64,000 nt of DNA from Lingula anatina (taxonomy: Eukaryota; Animalia; Brachiopoda), in contig CM120647.1 in assembly GCA_051362555.1 (NCBI GenBank), positions 9,300,001 through 9,364,000 on the forward strand, read 5' to 3'. The position numbers and the translations under genes were made by a program. The notes under the pieces were generated by a model. That model was given only the letters and a program-made list of their open reading frames with translations. It had not been told where the DNA came from and made no database searches. Shown in pieces: positions 40,550 to 64,000 of the stretch. Every line of letters begins with the position of its first letter. The stretch's first letter is position 1.

Positions 40550-43345
40550 GGAATGAAAAAAAGATTAAAAAAGACAAAGATAAATTTGATGATGTAGCAT
40601 ATTTTAAGTTAGCATTTATAACGAAGTGCACGCTCGCCACAAGACTTTCTTACCGTTACTTTGCTTTTTAGTTGGTACATATATAGTTTATATATAAATG
40701 ATAAAAATATATGATGATAAATAATTTGCAATCTAATAGATCCTAACTACTCAGTCTCGTAGCTGCACAGATATTTCATATCCTTCCAATTTAGTAAAAA
40801 AAAAAAGAAGAAAAAATACACCGAATTGCAGAAAATTGAAAACGCATAATTCGAAATAACGACCCGGGTTACCCTAGCGCCAGGGGAAGCTGTTGTTACA
40901 AATAACCGGAGTAAATAAACTGGCGTTTTAATCAGATCAACGGCGACGTTGATAAGGGACGAGGCTGTAGAGAAGCAGCGCACCCCTTCGTCGGGAAATC
41001 GGCCCTACCCAATGCGCTAATTCGCAAAGCAAACACCAAACATCGGTAAATCAAGCTCTCTTAGTTGGCAGTCATTAACCATCGAAGTGGTCAGCGGGTT
41101 GGTCAGTTGGAGACGCTCTGGACACGGTTAAGGATGGTGCTTTAAAAGGACGGTGGGATTGGTCGTGATATTGAGTTGTTTCGGGCAGAGTGAACTTAGG
41201 GGACGTAAGTATAACGGCAGAGTTCAGATATAAAACAAAGCGCTTCCGTTTAGCTGTTGTAAAGGACGTATCATAGGATTGATTGTTGGTGTTTCTACGT
41301 GTTTTTTTTGTATGAAAAAAGCGGCCATTAAGTGTTTTTTCTTTCGAAAACAACTTGAACGAAACTGCAAGGATTAAAGCGAACATTTAACTATCTGTCA
41401 TCGAAATTTTACTTAATTAATTTCAGATGTCAAACTGCAAATAATCGACAATTTATAATGCTTATATAAACGGGACAGGGCACTTTTTTGTGGAGGGCAT
41501 ATGTTTATATAGCTAAAATATGCAGACTAGTATTGTGGACGGTTGCGTTGTTCCGTATGAAACATTTCACAGCATGCTGACAAAGCGATAATCTTATCTG
41601 CAAGTTCTATATGCAAAAATTGTGCTGCCAATTCGATGATACTAATATTGACCCGAATTTCCCCAAGTCTACGTGATCGCAGACATCCACACTGTAAAAA
41701 CGCGTTAAGTGTTACATTTTTTGTTCAGATTTTGATTAACTTGGCTTAATTATTAACTTAAAAACGGAAATAGACAATCTATAGTATGAGCAGTAGGCCT
41801 AATAGCCGAGTCACGTGGATGTGGGGACCTCTGCAAGTCATGCATTTACAGCGAGACAGTTGCATATATTTTTTGTTTCACTATCTAGTGAATATTTCAA
41901 ATAACATGTGAAAAAGGATATTGCAACGCCGAAATTTCTGCAGCCATTTTATGTTTATAACACACATAAGCTAAAACATGGGTCTACACATAAACTGTAC
42001 ATAGTGGAAGGTTGGTAAATTATTTCCAATTAATCTGACAATGTCGTTTAAGGATTTCATTTGAAATATGGACCAAAGCTCAGGCGATTAATCCGACTTT
42101 ATTGGACTGATATTTAGCTTGAAGCATTTTATTTGATTACGGGATACCTGTGCGGCGTTCTAACACTTCATGTTCTAAATAAACCGCTAGGGATTCGTCG
42201 CCTCTCTAAATATTATGGTAACAAAAAGAGCAATGGCTTCCTGAAACAGAAATGCATCTAATAATATCAGATAATAACATATAGACGTTTGTAAGTTGTG
42301 TATGTATTTATCTCTTCCTAAGAGTACTTAGATATAGTTTTATTCTGTTTACGAGAAATGAGACCTTATCTCATAAAAAATATTTTGCTTGTAAAGATGT
42401 TCGTACCACACAGTGAATGTTATTATTTTATTGATATAATTTCATAACATTTCCCTCAGAAATTGGCATGACTAAGCCTCACATTCATGGTTTTTTCCTT
42501 GGACACATGAGCTTTTTTTTTCTTTTTAAAAAAGACACCTAAGTTACAAGACGTGACATTAATAATTGACAGATTATTACACAAAGTAAATAAATTCCGG
42601 TTTAAGATAATAACATTCAGATAAAAAATTATTAACATTTTGCCAAAGAAAACAAATTGGAAGTGCAGAAATACGAAAACAAAGACCCAAATAAAAAATC
42701 CACCATAGCACCTTAAACGCGTTCCATCAAGTTCAAGTAAACGGGGAAACCTTTCGTCCATCTTTAACGAAGCGTATGACGCAGAGGTTAAAATTTATGA
42801 CCCTGTTCAATTTCTTTAATTCAATCTACGAACCGTATACGAACAACCCTCTCGGGTCACCAAGAAGGGTGTTGATATTTTTGCCGGCATATGAAACAAT
42901 GGTTTGACTGGTAGGATTCCAGAGACTTCCAAGTTTTTGTAGTGAAAAGTAAATAAATTAGCGCGGAAATACTGGAACGATGATTTCAAAATCAATGGGC
43001 GGTTAAGTAAATTGTTATTTAACAAATTAAACGTTCCAATGGGTAAAATATATATATCAAAAAAGAAAAGTTGAATTTTTGAATAGGCCTTCGGCAAACA
43101 TACAAAATACAAAAGTAATCCTGACCGAACAAATTATTTTTTATCAAAAATAACACCTTTTGCTGTAGTTGTATTTAAAGCACGTTGATAAAATATTTGA
43201 ATCGGATATTTATGAGAGGTTTTCCTCCATTTTGTCTCAGTTTTGTCTCATTATTTTTCTAAGATTGTACGTTTGATTATTTGAAACTCATCGGCGTGTT
43301 CGAAATATTTGTTTTTTTGTAATTTAATATTACTAGGACTAGATG

Positions 43346-43347
<2 letters not shown>

Positions 43348-43440
<93 letters not shown>
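43348..43440. repeat. (CA)n(GA)n compound microsatellite
   Basis: Seen directly. Confidence 0.92.
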
Positions 43441-43443
<3 letters not shown>

Positions 43444-44993
43444 GTGAGGGCGGGGATATTTTGATCCAACTGATGTGTGGGTATTTGTCATAGTGACAAC
43501 ATTCATCATAAACCCCATTGAGAAATATGATTCTGATAAATTCCCATTACTTACTAAGAAATATTATGGGCAAGTGTAGCATATTAATTGACCCAAAGCA
43601 TCTGAGGCGAGAGGTTGAGAAAGAGAAGCACAGGAGGAGCGACAGGGGAATGAAATATTGATAGGTCCGTAGGGATAATTTGCTCATGGCCATAAACCTG
43701 AATGTGAAATTAAAATCTGAAATCTTCCCATCACTTTTCAGTGAACTACTGTTACGCCGAGGGTTGGGTCTTAGTTAATTACCGGTAGCTGACACGACCT
43801 ACGGCGTTTGATTTATAACCCGTTCGGACACCCGTGAAACGGAAGCGATAAATTATCGTCTGCCTCAACGATTGTGACGTAACAACACGCTGTCGTCTGC
43901 TTTCTTCTGGAAAACCTACGGGTTGCACATCTGTCTTTCAGGGTCAGTGGTTAGAATTTGACAGGGAGGAGTGTAAAGTGTGGATTTACACGTGTAATTA
44001 TTGCTCTTAATTTTCCACTTAGACGAAACGGGTATTTGAGAATATGAACTTATAATCTTGAATTTTTCACGTAATCAGTGGGATTAAATCTACAGAAACA
44101 ACGGGGTAAAACCAAATTTTCTTTCCATCAAATATAGGAAGCAGCTATTCGCTTTCAAGCTATAATTTTTTCCAAGATCTATGACTAAAACTCATGGCAT
44201 ATAAAAAGTAGTTGTCATACTCATCATCTAGTTTTTGTTAGGCCTAGTAAATATGTCAGAGTTCTGTCCTATTATTGATCGATACTAGTATTTGATATCG
44301 ACGTTATCTATAGCTATTTTTCAATTAATCATTAATCAGAAATTATGGATTTCTCTCTGAACATCGACAGGAATATTGCACTAGTAGACTCTAAAATATA
44401 AACTCTACTATATATTAGAAGTACAACAACAGCGACAACAACAACAACAAAACTATACTCAATAACTGAACACAAGTGAATTGTAACACATTCAAAAGAT
44501 ATAAGAATTCAAAATTTTGTCTATTATAGCGTATACTTATATAGAGTTATATAGTGAGTGTTTACTTAATCTTTGTCAAACATTAACCGGAAAATAATCA
44601 ATTATCGTTCTACTGGATGAGGATATTGATTATTAGTTTCCAATAAAAAAAAAATATAAAAATTCAGAATATAATTCCGAAACAGGATGTTGCTGTCTTT
44701 GAGCAAGCGGCGTGAAATAAAAGAGTATTTGTGGCTGAAATAAGTATTGCAAAACCTCCCACAAACTAAGCTTTAACTGATCTAGAAAACGACTCTTTTT
44801 CAAGTTACAAGTTTTTGTGGTCGACTAGATATTTGCCAGTTTTAATCATTATTGAAAATAGAATGTATGATTTGACAGCATTGGAGCTGCAAACTGAGCA
44901 GAGTTGTGAAAGTATAAATGTGAAAATATTTTGTATTCATGTTGTCTGATATAAATATGCAATATTTCAAGGATTAAAATGGTGTTGCCTTTA

Positions 44994-45049
<56 letters not shown>
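44994..45049. repeat. (AAT)n microsatellite
   Basis: Seen directly, just upstream of the GATA-A acceptor. Confidence 0.9.
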
Positions 45050-45051
<2 letters not shown>

Positions 45052-45107
45052 GAAGTAGACATGGTCTTTAACTTTAAATTTCTTATTTTTCCAGTGAATG
45101 GAATTTC

Positions 45108-54795
<9,688 letters not shown>

Positions 54796-57620
54796 CGTTC
54801 TGCCTCTCACATTCCACTGTGTTATTGATACTGGTGCCGTGTTCACGTTTGCTCACGTTCCTTGCGTGATTATATTTTATTCACTGCAGGCCTGTTTTTT
54901 GGTGCAAAGCTCTCATATACTGCTTATTCTTCCAGAGAAGCACACTTTTATGAGTACTTAGTCAACGGCTCGTTTTTAATGCTTAAGACGATGCTATACC
55001 ACGAACTTGATCTTTTGTAGAGCGAAACTATTTTTTAAAGAATATTCTTTTTCAAGTGTTCTAGTCAAAACAATGCCAGCTAGGTTTCAGACTTGCCATT
55101 TTGTTACGAAAGTTCTTGCCAAGGACATTAGTGCCAAAATCCACATAGAACTGAGTCGAGTGGAAACATGCCATAGAATTTACATATGAAAAGCGGTTCT
55201 GCCTTGAAGCCTAAATACCGCAAATATTTTGGACACATTTTGAGTTGCGCATGCGCATACTAACTGTGTAATATTTACAGCACCCCTGCTTGCCAAAAGA
55301 ATTTTTTTTACACAAAGTAATCACACTCTAAATTTAAGGATTAATAGTTAGCAAAAGAGAGCACAAACCGCTAGGACAGAGTTCGACCAAATGCTTGAAA
55401 CGCGTTGGACTTATGGAATATATATATATATAATCAGCGTTCATCTAAGAAACGAATATGCTGACTGTTTCATAATGCTAGTTGAAAGTGAAACTTCGTT
55501 GGTAAAATATTCGTATAAAGAGCACCTGTCGTAATGTTGTAGAGAATCGTGGTTTTATAATTGGTATAAGTTTTGTTGAAAAAAAAAAGATAAAAGAGTT
55601 AGAATAGATGGTGTTCAAATAACTACCAATGATAATGGATAGAAATTACACGTAGACAACCCCAACGGCTGTGATGCCCTTTGTACATGCGGAATGGATT
55701 CATCATAAGTATGAAGTTAATATTCATGTCCTATATGACTAAATGATCTCTAGCATATTGTAAACATTGGATAGCTAATATGTATAATTAAACCAACATT
55801 GTAAATATAACCAGTTCAGTTTTTATACAGAAACACGCGCACTAGGTTGTTAACAAGGTGCGTTTTGGTTACTGACGAAGACTCTTCTGAGGAATAGAGG
55901 GTAAAATAGTTGCTAGGCAATTAGGTAGGTATCTTTTGCGTTCCCCATTGTGGATCGTGGTGCATGTTAGATCAAAAAGCTTTTTAATTAGAGTTTTATA
56001 TATTTCTATGAATTCCCTTGATACTATATGCAGTATTAAGGTATATTGTGTTGTGTAAGTGCAAATTCCCTTTGCAAACGGTTACAGGTTTCGCACGTTA
56101 GCTAGAGTCCTACCTTTCAGCAATCTTTTCTTTCTTGCATCTTTTTTGCCACCTTAAGCTATGTTCGGTGTTACGTAACCGAGCTTCTCGACTTTGAAAT
56201 CAAGTTGAATTTTGATACCTACAGGTAGGCTAAGAGAGAAAAACGGAAGTCTTTGTATTATTAACTGTACATAGGGTAAAATGAGACAGATGTTAGACAG
56301 TATTGTATCAAAATGACTTACTACCACATTTGTACTGCGGTGTTTAATTGAAAACGAGCTACCTCAACTTTCAGAGGCCAATCGATATTTAAACGCAATG
56401 GGTGGAGACCACTCTTGTGAATAAGATTCTATTATTAGTTTTGCTTTCAGCATTTGCGGAGACAGCGCTTATAATGATGCCAAGAAATAGCGTTCGTTTC
56501 AGAATTAGGACCCCCTAATCAGGAACTGATCAACTTAAGCCGTCAGAAGACAAATCCAGGGGAAGTTGGCTCATTATTTGCCCCCGCCTGCCAGGAGAAA
56601 AGTGCTCAGCACAATGAACGATTGCATTGTGGGATGTCATGTTTTTCCCAGCGTGCCCCGGATGTATGATCACATTGAAAACCCTATATTTCCTGGTTAT
56701 AATTCATATACTTCCTGTGGGTTGTCTTAAAACGGCTCTAGTTGGCTAAATCGTAGGATACTTTTATATTAAACGTTTTGTTTTAGGCAACTATAGTTAA
56801 TATTTTTAGTACGAACGAAATTCCATTTCTTTTTTACGTTGACACACGCTTTTATGGCTGCATTAGAATTTTATTGCATTTTACCAGTATTAAAGTTACT
56901 GCTATTGTCTTTGGGTTTTGAAAAAAGACATTTCATTTGATAAAGAAAAGTCGCTTGCATGATAGTTCACAGCGTTTTGTAGTTGCATTTTACTATTGGG
57001 CAGTTTCTTATATATATAGATGTCAACAAAAGCTTACAGATCGTAAGAAGGTTAGAAAACACTTTGTGAATTTTAAATATACAAAGTGAAATTTCATATT
57101 TTGTTCCAGCAATTATCTAACGCGCGTGTACCATTTAACTTCCTTTTTAGTGATATTATGATTTAAGATAAATAATATTATAAGAACGGCCCTCGACTGG
57201 TTTAGAAGTGTTAAGATACAGCGTATAATAATGTAGTTTCTGTCTGTACAAATACACCAAGCTTCAGTATACTACAGACGATCAAAATATTCGACTCGAA
57301 CCGTGTTAGGACTGTTTTGAGAAAAAAAACAACGTTTTTGCCTTACTCTAACAGCCATTTTGTAGGCAATAATTGACAAATGTCTAAAGCAAGACAATTT
57401 TGTTAAAATTGTCCTTACTACGGTATGCACTTTTCTCAATGATAACTTTTAATACTTTTGTAGTTAATAACTAGCCATTGAATACACAATACTTTAGCTG
57501 CTTTCATTTTAATGCACTCATTGTTATGCGACAAAGTATTGTTGGCAATCAATTCAGTTGAATTCAACGCTATGTAATTTATTTGATCAAAACATCTATT
57601 TATGATGTAATTATTTTGTA

Positions 57621-57660
57621 AATAAATTCTTGTAATTTTTATGACTTCAATTGTGTGTAT
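57621..57660 (+). terminator. Candidate GATA-A polyadenylation signal (3' UTR ~2.8 kb)
   Basis: AATAAA flanked by several TGTA elements and a downstream TG-rich tract. Confidence 0.45.
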
Positions 57661-59669
57661 ATTGCATTGAACAAGTGCATGCCTTAAGATGATGCCCGGA
57701 TATTTAACCGAAGAACAGAGTTTTGGTAAAAAAGTCTGACATTACAATATACGTATTAGTGTGTGGCCACCTCATATATGACCAAATTAAGCTGTATCTT
57801 AATCTCAAAAGATACACGTCCAACAGAGAGAGAAGTCACAACAGTTGACTTAATGAATTTCACTGACGGTAAAATATTTAAAGAATAAAGAAGATCTAAA
57901 ACACATCAAAATATCTCATCATATTCGAGTACCAGAAAAGATTTTGTATCTAAAAATAACTGGCACTTTTGTATTGACAGTTACTTCATTATCACCACTG
58001 AAGTTATATTTATAAATGTAAAGTATATTTATCTCGCTGTAATTGATAAGTATGCTGTATTATCACATAGTATAGATATCGTGAATAGGATGTATTTCAA
58101 TTGCTATAAACTACGTGATAAGTTACATTTGTTGATAATATTCCGACCCCCAAAGTCAATCAAGGTCATTGAAGCTGTAAACCTTTATGGCGTGATTTCG
58201 AGTACATTATATACACCTGTTTTGGGGTGAGGGTAAAATTTCAAACGAAATAAAATAATTTGACGAATATTTGAAATTGCAAATGAATGAAAGTTTTTCG
58301 AAAGATATTTGACAAAATAATGAGGAGAGGCTGTGTAGCAGAAAGAATAATTTGAGAATGTATTCACTGTAATGAATTTTAAAGGATGTTAACTGTTTTC
58401 TTCGCTTATGAAGCAGCAAATCGTGTACAGGAATAAATATATCATACAAAAGTTCCACATGCTTCTTGCAACACAATAACAAAATCCCAAAGGCTAACTA
58501 TCTAATATCCAATTATTACCCTACGCACTTATCAACATAGAAACGTACATATACCAGTATGTGTATATATATACTATGTTTAAAAGAAGTTATTTTCAAT
58601 AAAGATTAGATTCTGGTTCTGCGAACTGATGCAATCTTCACTTACAATAAATGTGTTTTGAGGTAATGGGGATGTCATTGTATGCAATTTAAAAATAAAA
58701 TAGAAAGATTTAGAACCCATTTACTGCCCCTTAGCGTGACCTGTTTGAGCACGTCTTTAAAGAGATGACACTTATATTGACACCGTGGTCGTTAAATAAA
58801 TAGACGAGACGCCAGAGGAATGATAAAGTGCACGTAGATCACATTTAAGGGTACATGGGAGTGTTGAGATATATCAAAGTCCATGGACCAGGTACCAGTT
58901 GACCGAAATAATGAGCCTGGTAAAAAAAATACTATAGACAAATTCAGGAGAAAAAATCACAACTAACCATGTGAAAATTATATGGGTTTATTGAATGGAT
59001 CTGCACTACATTTTGGGTACATATATTTAATATATATTCAAGAGTTTGATAAATATTAAATAAAAATACTAAATGTCAACTTGAATTGTCTATGGCATGC
59101 CCTTAGGTTGACAATTAACACTCCTGTATAATCAAAATATTATTATTATTAAAATTCTAAAAAAAAAATTGAACACAATTTCAGCAAAAATTAGAAAGTA
59201 CAAATTACAAAAATCGAATCCTCAGTGTCTCAATTTCGGATTCGCTTTAAAGTTAAATAAATTAGACTTGTATATTACGTGCCTACTTATTGAAAGCATA
59301 TTCAAAATGGCGCCCCAAGATTATCACAGCACCCTACCGTTTGCTGATCCAGATAAATGGCTCATTGCTGTTATGTTTGCACATTCTTTGTTTGTTTTAG
59401 ACAAAAACTACATGAAATAAGCAAAACAAGGTGAACTGCCTAATCTAAATTGGAAATTTAATCGATTAATATTGTAAACACCTTAACGATTTGCCCCAAT
59501 GCAATGCTCATGGTGTTTTATTATAGTAAAGTTTTGGAACAAAACGGTGAATATCCGCCATTTTGATTTTGCCCAATGTGAATGTGTGGTTTCTCCTTTA
59601 AAGAACCCATCCACACAGCACGTATTTTTGATGGTGCTGCTTTAATTTGTGGTCGCACCTTAAGCAGGT

Positions 59670-60716
59670 CTTTTTCGACGTCACGAGTTCTAAGTATTGA
59701 TCTAAATATCTACGTGCCTTCCGCCCTTGGAACTGACCTAATTTTGGCATCATGTCATATTTTCAGTCCTCTGGCGCGTGAGAGGCGTCCCTGGTCATGT
59801 GACTTCTCCGCCTCCCCCTCTTCACTCCATCCTTCCATTCCCTAACCCGCTACCTTCTCCGCTAGCCGGAGCTCGCGCCACGAGGTAGGTCGTGTTGGTC
59901 TTCTTTATCTTCGCTCTCACTCCGTAGGTGGTGGGTTTTACATGTAAGACGGCCTGTCCTTGTGATAGAGATTGATATGCGACAATTTAGGCGACCTATA
60001 CCGTATGTACTCTTATCATATCGCATCTCCTATCTGATTATTGTTTAGATTGTCGCTATCTTACGTGGCATTTCAAGCCTTGAAATTAGCTTGGATTTTC
60101 TTATGTGGTTATGGCTCCATAGAGGGTTGCTAAGCTGGGACCTTTTTTGTTTCGTTCTTTAAGTGCCCAAACAAGACGCTCCTGGCTCGTTAAATGTCCT
60201 ATCTGCACGTCTTAAACTGATAGAAAACTGTAAGGTTTGCTATAAAAATTATCGGGGCGAGATCAAGATAATAACTCTGGCAATGCTATCGGCTCTAGTG
60301 CTTAAGTCATATAACTTTATCTGGACTCATTTCACGAATTTACTATTATCGCTATCAGAGCTGTTGACGTTGCCGCCATTTGTCGATCGCGCAGACGATC
60401 GGGAAAGGCGGTGGATTTTTTCAATTCATCGGCTTAAATTTGAAGGAAATTTTATCAATTTATTATGGGCTTGTGTTGGAATAGTACACAGCATAGGTGG
60501 GGCTCGTTGAGACGCCATTTTCGTGAAATACGCGGCGTTACAGGTGGAAGACACCTTTCAGCGTCTGTGCAGATGACCCCGAGCCATACAACCAATACTT
60601 GGTATAGGGTTCTTAAGCTCATTTACATATTTGTGAGCAGTGAGGCCGCGGCCCGTGGGAAGCCATATTGGATTTTACACCTGCCTCAAAAATGGCTTCC
60701 GTTTTAAGCGTCTAAG
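59670..60716 (+). promoter_or_regulatory. Candidate promoter/5' UTR of GATA-B with a GATA-site cluster
   Basis: CRE-like GACGTCA, E-box GTCATGTGAC, pyrimidine/GC-rich block, donors GAG|GTAGGT (59885) and AAG|GTAAGT (60717), ~11 WGATAR sites. Confidence 0.55.
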
Positions 60717-61100
60717 GTAAGTGCGAAAATCTGGAGGAAAGGGGACATTCTCCTGTTGATTTGTGTTCTTATGAACGGCACAAAAATTTGGAGCCATTTT
60801 CGTATCTCGGACGAAGGGAGTTTTGAGTTGTTTTGACCATTTCCTCCGGAAGGCATATTCAATGCGGCTTGTTCTGGGACAAAATGGCCAAACCAGGTAG
60901 AAATTCATGGAATATGGAATATTTTGACATTTATTTAGGCAAATTTATTCTAAAATGCAAGAGAAATTCGTCAAAAATATCCAATAAACTGAAGGTATGA
61001 GAAAATATTTCCAATAAATAATGCTAAATTTGAGACTACGAAACTTCCATTCTTTTTTAGGAAGGCGACAGACATGCTTAAATTCTGCCGTACTTGAGCA

Positions 61101-62085
61101 ATGGCCACGGACACAAAGGACGCAAAATGGAGTAGGGGGGCAGTGGCGACAACGCCCAAGGATTCGACCCCACCTCCAGTCAAAACTAAAAGTGACCTTA
61201 AATCGGCCACCAGGGGAGACGCGACCAGCCCCGCCAACGCCCCCCAGGTGAAGGTGAAGGCGGAGAACGGTGCCACGCCGGCAAGTCACTGCAAGGTAGA
61301 GGTGCCACAGCCTCGCCCCTCAGATCACGACAGTAAGGGCAACAAGGCGGTTCCAGCCAACGTTAAAGGCAAAGGCGGAGGCAGTTCCAATCCCCAGGGT
61401 CCAGAGGGGGTGCAACCTTATCCCAGCGGTCACAACCCAGCGCTGTTACAGACGGAGGAAGTGGAAGGCTTTTTTAACAGCCTGAATTCTCCACACGCGA
61501 CGGCCGTTGTTGGTGCCGAACCGACGCCAGTGGTGACCAGCTCCTTCTCCTCGAGCAACTTGGCCACTTTGACTAACTCCCCGATGACAGGGGTGCACCA
61601 ATACAGCAACACCCCACAGCCACACACCCCAACCAACGCGGCTATGCTGTCCAGCGGCTCTTATTCCGCAGGGTACTACGACGCCGGGGGACAGGGGGTG
61701 TACGCCTCGCGCGGACTGTACGTCCCCTCGCCTCGTGCGTACAGCCAGTACGCCTCCCCTCACGAAGCCAGCACCTGGCATCAGGGAGAAGGCTACAGCT
61801 CCCCGGGGAACGCCGGTGGAAGGTACCCGTATGGCCCACACATGGACCCCAACGCCAGATCATCCGCGGACATGGCCAAATATCCCGAGGCGACGTATAG
61901 TAGTGGTCCCACCGCTGCTCACCGCACGCCTGAGAACCTCTACACGTCTAAAATGGCCGGGTATCAGATCTATATGACTCCCCCCGACATGTCGCCGTGG
62001 ACGGCAGCTCTCAGTGGACCTTCCCAAGGGGCCGCCAATGGCGCCGAGTCGACCATGTTGGAGGACAGACGGGAAAGCGAGAGTG
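61101..62085 (+). CDS. GATA4/5/6: First coding exon of a tandem GATA4/5/6 paralog (GATA-B), 3'-partial; zinc-finger exons are beyond the window
   Basis: Collinear motifs shared with GATA-A: LLQTEEVEGFFNSL / LLRTEEVETFFNHL, LYVPSPR / VYVPTTR, YMTPPDMSPW / YMSSPDLNPW. Acceptor at 61060 and the same phase-1 donor G|gtgagt. Confidence 0.82.
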
Positions 62086-64000
62086 GTGAGTATTTCATTT
62101 TTTTCTTTTCTAATACGACAGCACTACCACCTTTGGCTTCTTTTTTGTGGACAATTCTAGCCTAAGAATACAATTTAGGACACAGAAAAACCATATCGTT
62201 GGATGAAATTAATAGAAATGAATATATAATATGATGGCCTATATTATCGACAGAAATTTCTTGTGCTAGAACGATAGACTACAATAAAGATAAGCGGTTT
62301 TAAACTCGTTTTAATTTAATTGTTATTTTATGTTTGGCATATACAGATAGGGCTCTTTTTAATTGCATAAATTCACATTTGCTAACTTCCATGTTCACGA
62401 TTTATGACGTCGTATATATCTTGAAACTAAATTTTGATTAAAATTTTATAAATAGATCGTCAGATAAACAAGAAATAGATAAACTAATAACACTAAAAGA
62501 TTATTGCACACATTTCAGACATGATTGAAACTCAATAAAGGGAATTAAATTCTTGAAAAGACAGCCGATTAAAGTTTTTTTTATAAAAAATTGGACTCAT
62601 AGTTTAATACGAAATAAATTCAGAAAATAACATTAAATAAAATAATGAAAGGTATTTTGTTAGAGTAAATCCAGTTTATAGTAGCTATAAGCCTCGTGGC
62701 TGAATAGGGCGATAACTTTAGGCAGTTTTAGAAATGTGACTGCATTACGTCACCGTTACCACTCAAAACAATCGGTTTGCAGTGACATAAATTCCAAAGA
62801 AAATATCGTTGACATTTGTGTTTATTTGACAGTTACAATATTTAGTAAATTTGACGAAAAAAACAGGAATATATGTCAAGTATGTAGCGATAACATGTTA
62901 AACAACAACAATTATTATTATTACTACCAAAATTAAATGACGATAATTATAATTTTGATAAATACTACATCGGGAAAATTGTTTTGATATAAAACTTACT
63001 TTTGGTCTTCACCAGTTGCATGATGAATGCTGAAATATAATATGACAAATTTAAAGAATTTGCATCAAACAAAATAACACTTTTATCGGAGTTACTGTTT
63101 GAAACAATTCACATTATATCTAGGTGTTCAAAATCATGACATAGGCGCCAATTTAGAAAAGCCAAAACTGTTTACAAAAAGCTAAGAAAATATATGGGTC
63201 ATTCATGCATCAATACAACGAATAAATACATTCATCTACATCCATATATGACATATCTCATACAATCTAAAACCTCGTGGCCTAGTTTCGTCTAAATGTT
63301 TACAAGATATCGGGATAATTAACTCTCCAGTAATATGCCATGGCGGCCAGTATCACCAATGACCTTAATCGCTACAGTGGGAGCAGATATCGTGTCTTAA
63401 GTACAGTTAATCATTGCTTAAGATTAGGAGAAAATCATTAAATTTTTGAGGGGCAGACCTTTTGGTGAAACGACTGGTGTTTTAATTTGCGAAAGATGTT
63501 TTTGAATAAGGAAATATTGATAAATGTATGCATTTGGATTGTAGAAAATTGAAAGGAATTTTTATGTCTATTTGATTTGAATGAAATAAAAAGCTAAATA
63601 AATGAAATCGCTCATATTTAAAGATATGTATGTCGTAATTGTAAAATAATAATTGAAGAATTTCTGTTGTTACGATGATATACATTAAAAAATGTACAGA
63701 TAAAAACAGATTATTTGGAATTCTAAAGTAATTTATATTGTAATTTTTGTTTTTGTCCGTTCTTTTAATGTGATTGAAAAGGAATGCTACACCTTTTCCT
63801 AATCAAATCTGTTAACATTAAAGTGATAAAACAATTGGACAATGAATAAAATGTGTTGCATATATTAAATACATACTTAAATATATAATCAACAGGCTTA
63901 TTTCACAAAATGGAGTATAAATTTCACAGTTCTAATTGAAACTTCGTATTTAAATCAAATCAATATGATTTTGTGATAAAATAATTCCAAACAAAAATAT

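Noticed and set aside
62690-63292. Two CCTCGTGGC motifs resembling a tRNA-Arg or SINE head
   Set aside because: Match is only ~9-12 bp with no B-box or cloverleaf.

Overview
Eukaryotic animal genomic DNA, probably a lophotrochozoan such as a mollusc (inferred from the tandem GATA4/5/6 genes). It is AT-rich, with GT-AG introns and many microsatellites. Four plus-strand genes can be built by hand with consistent exon phases: (1) the last 13 exons of a CAMSAP/Patronin gene ending in the CKK domain (5-9070); (2) a two-coding-exon isochorismatase-family (plant NIC2-like) gene whose presumed catalytic Cys is Ser (20945-22023); (3) a complete GATA4/5/6 gene (45108-54795) after a ~23 kb non-coding region; (4) the first coding exon of a tandem GATA4/5/6 paralog (61101-62085). 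The main finding is a 92-nt exon (51800-51891), absent from the ORF track, with the same phases as the N-zinc-finger exon. It predicts mutually exclusive two-finger and one-finger isoforms, as in Drosophila serpent. Other findings are an internal perfect-Kozak start resembling the GATA6 long/short system, a GATA2/3-type motif in both paralogs, a dense GATA-site cluster upstream of paralog B, and repeated duplication of CAMSAP splice junctions. All family assignments come from recalled motifs; no database search was run.
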